A stretch of 64,000 nucleotides of DNA from positions 37,210,248-37,274,247 of the forward strand of contig NC_052163.1 of NCBI RefSeq assembly GCF_902713615.1. Direction: 5' to 3'. The DNA comes from Scyliorhinus canicula. Lineage: Eukaryota. The notes beneath the pieces were generated by a model. It was not told where the DNA came from. It saw nothing but the letters and a program-made list of their open reading frames with translations, and ran no database searches. The translations under genes and the position numbers were made by a program. Positions 1 to 10,559 of this stretch are shown here, one piece after another; within the stretch, counting starts at the first letter, position 1; each line of letters starts with the position of its first letter.

Positions 1-60
1 CCAATCCACCTAACCTGCACATCTTTGGACTGTGGGAGGAAACCCACGCACCCACGCATT

Positions 61-1428
61 CAAAAAGGGAGGTACAGAGAAAGCAGTGAATTATAGACAA
101 GGAAGCCTAACATTGGTAGTGGGGAAAATTCTTGAATCCATTATCAAGGACTTTATAGCGGAACATTTGGAAAGCAGTGTCAGGATCAGTCAGAGTCAGC
201 ATGGATTTATGAAGTGAAAATCATGCTTGACAAATCTGTTAGAATTCTTTGAAGATGTAACCAGTACAGTTGACAAGGGGGAGCCAGTTGATGTGGTATA
301 TTTGGACTTTCAGAAAGCGTTTGACAAAGTCCCGCATAAGAGATTACTCTTGTGCAAAATTAAAGCGCGTGGGATTGGGGGAAATGTATTGAGGTGGATT
401 GGCAGAGAGGAAACAAAGAGTAAGAATTAATGGGTCCTTTTCAAATTGGTAGGCAGTAACTAGTGGGGTGCCACAGGGGTCGGTGCTGGGACCCCAGCTA
501 TTCACAATATATATTAATGATTTGGAAGAGGGAACAAAATGTAACATCTCAAAGTTTGCAGATGATACCAAGTTAGGTGGGAGGGTGACGGGGATGCAGG
601 GATCCTACAGAATGATCTGGACAGGTTGGGCAAGTGGGTAAATCAATGACAGATGGAGTATCAATTGGATAAGTGTGAGGTTACTCACTTCGGAATAAAA
701 AACAGGAAGGCAGTTTACTACCTGAATGGTTGTAAATCGGGAGAGGGAAGTGCGCAGCGGTAACTGGGTGTACTTGCGCACCACTCCCTGAAGGTAACCA
801 TGCAGGTGCAGCAGGCGGGAAAGAAGGCTAATGGTATGTTGGCCTTCATTGCGAGTAGTTTTGAGTATAGATGCAGGGATGTGTTGCTGAAGTTGTACAG
901 GTCCTGGGTGATGCCATACTTGGAATATTGAGTGCAGTTTTGGTCTCCTTCTCTGAGGAAAGATGTTCTTGCTCTGAAGTGAAGGTTTACCAGACTGATT
1001 CCAGGGATGGCGGGAATGTCATATGAGGAGAGATTGACTAGGTTGGTATTGTTTTCGCTAGTATTCAGAAGAATGAGGGGTGATCTCATAGGGACTCAGA
1101 AAATTCTAACAGGACTAGACAGGATAGATGCAGGGAAGATGTCACCAATGATGGGTGTGTCCAGAACCAAGGGTCACAGTCTGAGGATTCAGAGCAAACC
1201 ATTTCAGACAGAGATAAGGAGACATTTCTTCATCCAAAGAGTGGTGAGTCTGTGAAATTCATTACCACAGGAAGTAGTTGATGCTAAATCATTCAATATA
1301 TTCAAGAGGCGGCTAGATATAGCATTTGGGAAGAATGGGATCAAAGGGTATGGGGAGAAAGCAGGATGAGGCTCGAAGGGCCAAAAGGCCTCCTCCTGAT
1401 CTTATCTTCTATGTATCTATCTATGTAT
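61..1428 (+). mobile_element. CR1-type LINE, 3' part (decayed RT)
   Basis: NYRxxSLTxVVGKILESIIKD, QHGFMK, TNLLEFFEDVT, VYLDFQKAFDKVPH, KFADDTK motifs with stops/frameshifts; (TATC/TATG)n tail. Confidence 0.9.
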
Positions 1429-3499
1429 CGCCCAACAGTTGTGTTTTAATTGTCATTTTATATGTAATCATTGTAGCTGGACATTGTGATGCTCCATTGG
1501 CTTTGTGCAAGAATTATGGGCCTGGTCATGAATCTTCACTGTCCCCACTGGAGATATCAAAAGTCTGATCGCAAAATTAAACTAATCCTGTAATCTCTCA
1601 TCAGTTTCACAATCAATTCCACCCATTCTACAAGCAAAAGCTGTGAAGTTGTGGGGAAAAGTTTCGGTAATTAAACTGCTCCTTTGCACATATGTTCCTT
1701 GACACCTTAATTGTCACGTGCAAATTCTGCAAAATTCTCTGATGCAATCATTTGGGCCTTGGCGGTGTTGTTGATGTTAAATCAACTGGCAATGTTCTCT
1801 TTCCAGTCTTCTAGGAACTGGTGGGTGTAGGCATGTGAGAACTGGTGATGCGCCTTCTTCAATGGCAGCAAGGAGTGCTCTTGCACAAAATAATGTCAGC
1901 ACTGGTGGCAATTTCGTTCACGCAGCATCGAGCTGCTCCCAGGGTATAGGCATTGCACAGGTACAGCAACCCGTGAACATATTGAGTTCCTTATACTCTT
2001 CCATCAACATAAGCAGTAAAAAATTGCATACAGTCTATGCGATAGTGTATAAGAATTGATAGTGAGTCAGCAATGCAGTCAGAGTGTAAAAATTGGAAAA
2101 GATCTGCAGACTCACTATCACTCATTTTACACTATCCCACAAAGTTAAGATGTCCCCCTCAATTACATTTGGACATTAATGGCCATTTAGTGTCTCATAG
2201 GTTAACAAGTAATTTAATAAGGTTTATGCCGCTGGTGTGCAATTAATTATCTAAAATGGTCTGTTTCTGTAAGTATTACTCAATAATGAAATCAGCTTTC
2301 TGATACTCTGCATAAAAGGTCACCACCACAATGGTTCTGGTGTCAGCCTCAGTTTGTGCTGTGGTTTGTACAAGATGGACTTGTCGTGTTTGAGATTATG
2401 AACAGGAGGTGCAGTGCATGAGATGTCACACGCCACTGAGGACGTGGAAACCAGTGCCACACGAGATGATCACTTTGTGGGTCTATTAATTAGATCTTCA
2501 AAACATCATACTCCGTCATTCTAAACTACGTACGCAGTAAAGGAATGCCGAAAACATCCAAATCAAACTGCAAACCAAAGTCACTAAACATTTATTTTTC
2601 TTCCTGGCCTAAACCCTTTTAATCACGACAGGAACATATTTGGTGTTCTAGTCCTGCATGTGGCTGTCTGTTCTGGAGTCATTTGCGATCCATTACTGCA
2701 GCTCAGCTTCCAAAATAAGCATGTTTCTGCTGGATAGGCAGAAATAGTGAGATGAATCTAAGCTTTTGTGACATCATTAAACTCAGGGTTACAACCAACT
2801 TGTTTACTGATTAAAATCTTGCATTTCTGGCATATATTGTGTCTACTGAGCCTCGTTGTATTTCCAAATCATAATGTGTGACTAACAATGGCCCACATAA
2901 CAAATGCCCCATAATGCAAAGTTCGGTACATATGAGTTATCAATAGATGTGACCAAAAGCTTAGTCAAATAGATGAATAAAGGAGCATCATCAGAGAGAG
3001 GGTGAGAGGCCGAGAAGTGTGTAGAGGGAACTTTAGAACTTAAGGTAGAAGTAGCTGAAGGCATGGCCCGCCGATTGTAGAGCAATGGAAATCGTAGATT
3101 CACAAGAGACCCTTCGGCGTGATTTAAAATTTTCTTCACACAAAGTAGTGGAAATCTGGAACTCCCTCCCCCAAAACGCTGTTGAGGCTAGGTCAATTAA
3201 ATTTTCCAGAACCACGGCAGCTTGATGGGGATAACATAAAGATGAGCCGTGATCTAATTGAATAGTGTGACAAAGAGCGAGGATCTGATTGGCCTACTAA
3301 GGCTGTTTTATTTGAATGGTCTAACTCCCCTGGCACTGACAATGTATCCTGGGCTGAAATTACGTTTGACATATAAAAATATTAATCACTTGGCATCTCA
3401 CGGGTAACTATATTTTGCTCAAAACACAAATATATAGATATGAAGCAGGCTTACAAGAGGAAGCATCCACTCTACGTCTACTTTGTCAATATCTTTTAT

Positions 3500-5030
3500 T
3501 ATCTTAAATACCTAAATTAGATCTTTCATTCTTCTAAATTCAAGAGAGGCCTGAACTGCTCAATCTCTGCATAAGTCAAACCCCTTGTCTCTGGAACCAA
3601 TCTAGTGAACCTCCTCTGGACTGCCTCTAATGCAGCTATATTTAAGCGACTCTTGGACAGGTACATAGACAGCAGTAAATCGAAGGGGTGTAGGTTAGGT
3701 TGACCTTAAATTAGGATAAATGGTCGGCACAACATCGTGGGCCGAAGGGCCTGTACTGTGATGTACTGTTCTATGTTCTATGTACATCTCTCCTCGATTA
3801 AGAGGACTAAACTGTATGCAGTTATCCAGGTGCGGTCTTGCCAATGCCTTGCACTGTTTCAGCAACACTTTACTGCTTTCATACTCTATTCCTTTAGCCA
3901 TAATTCCATTTGCTTTCTTCATTACCTGCTGTAACTGCATGCTAGTTCTCTGCAAATCATGCACGAGGACACCCTGAAACTCTGCACCATAGGGCCCTGA
4001 TGTTTCTCTCCATTTGGACAATAAGTTGCCCTTCTATTTTTCTGACCAAAATGGATAACCTCACACTTATCCAGGTTAAATGTTGGCCCACTCATCGAAC
4101 CTATCTATAGCCATTTGCACATTTCTCATTTCTACATTGCAACTTATTATCCCATCTATTTCAGTGTCATTTGCAAATTTGGCTAGAGTACCTTCTATCC
4201 CTGTATCCAAGTCATCAATATACATTATAACTAGTTTGGGCCCTAGGACCGAACCATGTGGTACCCCATTAGTTACATCTTACCAACCAGAAAAATACCC
4301 ATTTATCCCGCCTCTCTGCCTTCTCTCTGTTAGCCAATATTTCGCCCCAATTCTCAATTCTATCCAAGATAATAAATTAGCCCTAACCACATGTGGTCTT
4401 CCCTTCCTTGTGTATTACCTTTTTGCGTGGCATCTTATCAAATGCCTTCTGGAAGTCCAGATGTACTACATCTACAGGATCCCCATTATCCACTTGGCTT
4501 GTTACATCTTCAAAGAACTCTATCAAATTAGTCAAACACGATTTACCCTTCATAAAACTATGATGACTGACTGATGGATTGCATTTCGACTTTCCAAATG
4601 TTCTGTTATTTCTTCCTTAATAATGTGTTCTAACAATTTCCCAATGACAGTTGCTAAATTAACTGGTTACTATTGGGATGATACTACTGTCCTCCACCAT
4701 GGGAATTGGGGCAAAATGTTGATTTAGGTTCTCTGCCATTTCTGTATTCTCTACTATTAACTCTCTGGGGATCTCATCCTCAAAGAGACCAACATTCACA
4801 TTACAGCTACTCTCTTCCTTTTTTTAGAAGCTTTTACTATCCTTTTTTATATTTTGCGCTGGTTTTCTTTCATAATTTACCTTTGCTCTTTTTATTACTT
4901 TTTTAGTAACCCTTTGTTGATCTTTAAAATTTTCCCAATCTTCCAGCCTGCCACAGACCTTTGCAATATTGTATGTGATGACTTCGACCAGACCTTTGAG
5001 ATTTGCCAATTAGAATATGAGTTCCCTGAT
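3500..5030 (-). mobile_element. CR1-type LINE fragment (with a + strand CR1 3' end inserted at ~3640-3783)
   Basis: Minus-strand DWENFKDQQRVTKKVIKRAKVNYERK and antisense RT ORF 4080-4574; inserted piece ends ttctatgttctatgt. Confidence 0.8.
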
Positions 5031-6234
5031 TAGTGGCCCAATCAGGGAACCCCTTTCTCTGCATATAACAGGGAGTGACAGAGCCCCCTCTACACTCCCA
5101 GTGTAGACAGCAAGCTGAATGCATCAGGCTGCTCTGTAAATAAAGGGAATTCTGGTGAAGGGACTTTTGCTTTGATGGACTTATTAAAGGTATATTTTAG
5201 TTTTGTCTTCATGTTATCTTTTACTTTCTTGCTTAGTAATGGATATTTTTCCCCCTCTTACAAACTTTCTTCCTCTCTGGAATATATTTTAGTTGGGAGA
5301 GTTGAATATCTCCTGAAACAGCTGTTACTGCTCATCAATTGTCCTACCTTTAGTCTTTCTGCCCAGTAAAATGGCAGGATGGTGATGATGATACAGGCAG
5401 GTGTACAGTCTATGGACTAGGAGAGGTCAAGTGTAGTGCTCCATCACCTTTCCTCAATCTGGCCAATTAAAAATTGTTATGGGTGCACCACCAGTACTGA
5501 GAACCCTGATGACCTCCTGGATACTGTGGTATGTATCAGTCTGGAATGTGTACACTGCATGAAGTTTTCTGTGGGCTTGAATGTTGCAATCAATGCTGTA
5601 GCTGGCCTACTTCAAGTCTCATTGTGGCTACTGTAGGTGGTCTAGCTCACTGGTAACCCCATTGGCGAAGCAATGAGGCCTTACCTTCTGCTGCTTGCCT
5701 TAAGTGAATGTCAGGTGAGGGAAAATGTTGTCTGATGACTCTGGGTACCCACCTTCTGGATGCCCCCCATTTCTGGGTGCCTTCCTCACTCCCACCACCT
5801 CTTCTACCACCAGGGCCTCAAAAGCTACACCCATTCCTGCTGATGTTGATGCTGTTTTGTGTGGTTCAACCATCGTGCCACTGGAAGATCCTTGCTGGGG
5901 CAAGTACTGAAAAATCCCATCCTCTGCATGACATCTCCCATTAGCCTGCTTCTCCCAGCTGCCCCTCCTGCATTGTTCATCTTTCAACCTTGAAGCAGAG
6001 CCACCAGCCCACCCTTAACTAATGTAGTATTTTTGTAGTGCTTGCCCTGTAACTTGTTTTGCACAGCTGCACACATGCTAAAATAAAGGGGCCAACCAGT
6101 GTGTGGTGCACATGGGAGACCTTGGGGTTGCTATTTGACTGCACAGCTTAGAGGAGGCACTGCCTGTGAGTTCAATTAAACCCTTTTGAAGGCAGATCAA
6201 AGCAACCCAGTGAAAACATGGTTGCAAAAGTCAG

Positions 6235-6405
6235 AATTTTTAAAAAAGAAAACCCAATCATATTTTCTTTCCAATTAAGGGGCAATTTAGTGTGGTCAAT
6301 CCATCTAGCCTGCACATCTTTGGGCTGTGGGGGGTGAGACTCGGGTGAACATTGGGAAAATGTACAAAATCCACAGAGGCAGTGACCTCTGGCCAGGATT
6401 GGCAA
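6235..6405 (-). mobile_element. tRNA-derived SINE fragment
   Basis: ttccaattaaggggcaatttag...atccatctagcctgcacatctttggg core shared with other copies. Confidence 0.75.
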
Positions 6406-7656
6406 AAGTCAAAATGGAACAAGAATATCCAGAGATATTAGTCAGCAGCTTTGTTGGTGAACAAAACAGAAACTAACCCATGGATGGCATTTTCTGGAGA
6501 TGTGCAAGCTTCATGCTTCCCTATAGTGCTGTGACCTGCTGAGTAGATATAATCAAATGAACCATGGGGCATTGTTGTCTCACAAAAGGGTTCTGCAACA
6601 AATCTGTTAATGTATTTTAATAAGTGTTTTTTTTTCTTTGGAGTTATTAATATTGCAGGATAAATGTAGAAATCATTACATACCTAAAATGTGTATTGCT
6701 TAACATTCCTCATTTATATGAGGAAGAAACTCTTGCACTCTGCTGTGCAAGATGTGAACAGGCAAAGTAGAATAAATATTATGATGGCCATTAGCAGATA
6801 GAAATCTGCAAAAGATAAAAAAATAATGATTAGCATCAAACATGTCAAAAGCACTGACCTTTTCTTCACTGTGTCACTGTAATAATATTTCACAGTAATC
6901 ATTATCTCAGCTGGAGTTGATGATTACTGATGTGATGACTGGAATAAAGTGAGGAAAGGTTTACTCACCATTTGACCTAGAAACCTGTTGAAACCAAACA
7001 TTTCAACAGTTTGCATCAGTTTTTAAGTGGAACTTCTGAAAGGATAACTTTCAGAAAAAGAAATGGATATAATTAAGTCACAGTAATTTCTGATTTGGGA
7101 GTTTTTTGGTGTCCTCCATACGAAGGACCCCAAATGTTTTCTAGTCCTCATTCATGCAACTGACAGTCTACGTTCTCTACAAACATCTACACCAGTCCTA
7201 TTCATAACTTGATTTATTTGGACACTTTCTACTACAGCAATGAAGTATTTATCCACCTCAACCTTTAATTTATCTGGGTTCTGACTTGATATACATCCCA
7301 TTACTTGATGTATGTTTGGTATCTACATACCCAATTCATGTGGTCCAATTCCTGCTTCATTGATCCTTTTCCACCTGTTTCCCAACTCTCTTCTACCTGT
7401 CTTTGCCCCAGCACTCCCATAGCTCTGTTTTCTCTGGTCATATTTGTCCCCCTTTCAGATCTTCCTCGGTCACCTCTTCATAAAAATGTAATCTTTAAAC
7501 CCTTTATCGTTGCCAACAACCATCACTCCAGCAACCTTTGCCCCATAACAGGCTTAGCCAACACATGGCTTGTGGGCCACTAACCAGCCTGCCAGGCCTT
7601 TCTATCTGGCTGCAGACCCCACGTTCAATGTCAGTAAGTGAATTTGAAGATTCTTG

Positions 7657-7958
7657 GGCAGCATGGTAGTGCAGTGGTTAGCATTGGTGCCTCATGCCAT
7701 GAGAGGGGGAGAGAGGGGGGGAGAGGGTGGGGGGAGGGGAGTGGGGGGAGGGGGGGGAGAGGGTGGGGGGAGGGGAGTGGGGGAGGGGGAGGGGAGGGTA
7801 AGGGGGGGAGGGGGAGGGGTGAGGGGGGGAGGGGGAAGGGGGGAGGGGGGGGTGAGGGGGGAGGGGGTGAGGGAGGGGGGAAGTGGGGAGGGGAGGGGGG
7901 AGGGGAGGGGAGGGGGGGAGGGGGGAGGGGAGGGGAGGGGGAGGGGGGAGTGGGAGGG
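7657..7958 (+). repeat. SINE head followed by G-rich low-complexity tract
   Basis: gggcagcatggtagtgcagtggttagca, then (GGGGA/GGGGT)-type runs up to an N gap. Confidence 0.8.
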
Positions 7959-8296
7959 NNNNNNNNNNNNNNNNNNNNNNNNNNNNNNNNNNNNNNNNNN
8001 NNNNNNNNNNNNNNNNNNNNNNNNNNNNNNNNNNNNNNNNNNNNNNNNNNNNNNNNNNNNNNNNNNNNNNNNNNNNNNNNNNNNNNNNNNNNNNNNNNNN
8101 NNNNNNNNNNNNNNNNNNNNNNNNNNNNNNNNNNNNNNNNNNNNNNNNNNNNNGGGGAGGAGNNNNNNNNNNNNNNNNNNNNNNNNNNNNNNNNNNNNNN
8201 NNNNNNNNNNNNNNNNNNNNNNNNNNNNNNNNNNNNNNNNNNNNNNNNNNNNNNNNNNNNNNNNNNNNNNNNNNNNNNNNNNNNNNNNNNNNNNNA
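7959..8296. other. Assembly gaps (N 7959-8153 and 8163-8296)
   Basis: N runs. Confidence 0.99.
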
Positions 8297-8420
8297 AGGT
8301 TTAATGCCATACTTGTGGAAGGCTGGCTGAAACGCTTGACCTGGCATTAATTGAGCAGCAATCAGTGGGGCTCACATTTTAAATGCCTCCCCATAACTTG
8401 TTACACGTCTAATTGGAGAG

Positions 8421-8645
8421 ATGGTAGCCAGGGCAATGGCCCCACAATTCTCAGAGGGTGCCCTCACCAAGGTGCTGGATGGGGTGGAGCAGAAGTGTGA
8501 CATCCTCTCTCCTCACACTGGCAGCCAGTAAGGTTACCAACTCTGCATGGGAGGCTTAACAGTGATAGTGAGTGCCAGCTCACTGCATAAGAGGACAGGG
8601 ATCCAGTGCAGGGAGAAGATGAATGACCTTCATTGTGCAGCCAGG
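8421..8645 (+). pseudogene. Harbinger-type Myb/SANT DNA-binding ORF relic
   Basis: MVARAMAPQFSEGALTKVLDGVEQKCDIL...VSASSLHKRTGIQCREKMNDLHCAAR|gtaagt with an internal stop; same motif as at 63640-63880. Confidence 0.65.
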
Positions 8646-10559
8646 GTAAGTAACCATTCTCATGTGTCTACCCGCACCCATTAACACAGCCATCACACCT
8701 CCACAGTGACCTCAGTCCCAGCCGCCTCACAAGGTACCCAACACTTGCATTGCTGATCCCTGCCCCTTCCTCCACATTGGCACCTCTTCTCCTCACGTGT
8801 CAGCACCCACTCACCTACCATGCATGCCAGACATCATTACCATCTGACCTAGCATGGGCCCTGCCTAATTCTCCTCCATCTCTCTCTTAGCAGGACAATC
8901 TTCAGCAGAAGCTGCATGAGCAAGCACAGCCTGCCAAAGTGATACCTGAGTTGAAGATCCTCTGAATGTTTCAGGAGAGAGCCCTTGAACTGTCCTGTGA
9001 GGAGCTATGCAGAGGATGAGGTGGGGTGGCAAAAGGGAGAATCCTCAAAACTCAGCCAGGATGACAACCTTGCGGGAGTTTACTTTCTGCTATCTTGATG
9101 TCCTGTCATGTATTAATACCATCTCGCGTGCCTTGCAGGTCAATCAGTTGGCCCATCCACTCACCTTCTGGACATGATGAGATTAGCATTGAAGAGGCAT
9201 CACTGGCGTCACCTGCGTCCAAATACTCGTGCCTCAGTGGGGATAACTAGTGGGAGCATTGACGGCAACATCTCCTCACTCAGAAGGCTATTGGACTCCT
9301 CCAGTTGGCCTTGCAGTCCAATTAGCGATACTGCCATCCTTTCTTGATGCTGTTGACTGTCTTTGCAGTTCCATCAGGTTGGGGATGACCCAGCACATTA
9401 TTGGCCAGGGGTTTAGCAGGGCCCAGGCATCCTCGAGTGCTAAATTCATGGGTCATCTCTGCCTCCGCTTGCTGTGGATCGTCAGCTGTTGAGGTACTCA
9501 CCTGTGAGTGACCCAGAAGACTGGATACTAGTTAATCCTACTGAGCTGTGAATATCTACACTTGTGGAGGGTTCCAGTGACAGATGTGATGTCTCCCTAT
9601 TGGTGATGTCTGAGAATTCTCAGCTGCTCTGAACTGTGGCTGCCAGAGGGTGTGAGGGTGGTGTGGGCTGATCATCTGATTGCCCTGGCAGGGAGGATGG
9701 ATGGCATTAGTACATCGCAGGGGATAAATGATGAGATGTTTACTCATAAGGTTTCAGGAATGATCATTTGTCCTTTGCTGTTGTCGCACTTCACTATCAG
9801 CACAGGCACAATCCTGGTCCTCCCTGGCCAGCTCGGTGGAACTATTTATGCTTGGAAATTCAATCATTGGTAGAGACCTTTGGCTCTGCATATTTCATTG
9901 GCACAATTGACTTGACTTGTCTATGAAGGGTGCATATCAACCAATTGAGTTCCTCTTGTAACGGATGAGGCATAGCTGATTAGACCGAAGCCTGCAATGA
10001 GCATGATGAGCACATATCTGGAGGGCACCCTCATTCTCCCATTTCACAGCCCTGCAGACTTCTTCCTGAGACAAATTTCCTCGCCAAATGGAATTGATAT
10101 TCATCACAGCTTAACCACTTGCTTTTCTGCCTGAGTGTTGGGTTTTACTCAGTTTGTTGTGTTTCCCCCAAGTGAGAGGGTGTTCATTCCTCCATGAGGC
10201 AGCATTTTCCTGGGAAACCCACTCTGCCCTTACAGTCTGACCTCTCATGGGATCCCACCCAGGAACCTCAATCACTCCCAGTGCTGAACCTCTGTATTCA
10301 CCCCCTCTCACCCCCTAAGTACAGGCACTCCCTCAGTAGTGAGTTGGCCACCAGTTCAGCAAGGAGGACAAAGTGATGCCTACATGCCAGCCTCCAGATC
10401 ATCTTAAAGCAAGGGACATCCCAAAGTGAATAGAAGGTAAGGCCTGCTAGTGATCCACCCCACCCCCCAAAGATTGAACCCCAGCCACCATTCTGAGTTT
10501 AAATTTGTGCCGCCCCCCCGCCAGGTTCACGCTATTTTCGGCCCATTGTAAATGATCCG

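Noticed and set aside
6714-6902. 62-aa hydrophobic ORF as a standalone membrane protein, and the opposite-strand peptide INVEIITYLKCVLL...
   Set aside because: AT-rich sequence with no recognisable family; only the spliced hypothesis is kept, at low confidence
7631-8350. Several 150-240 aa Gly/Pro-rich ORFs
   Set aside because: Artefacts of G-rich low complexity and N gaps
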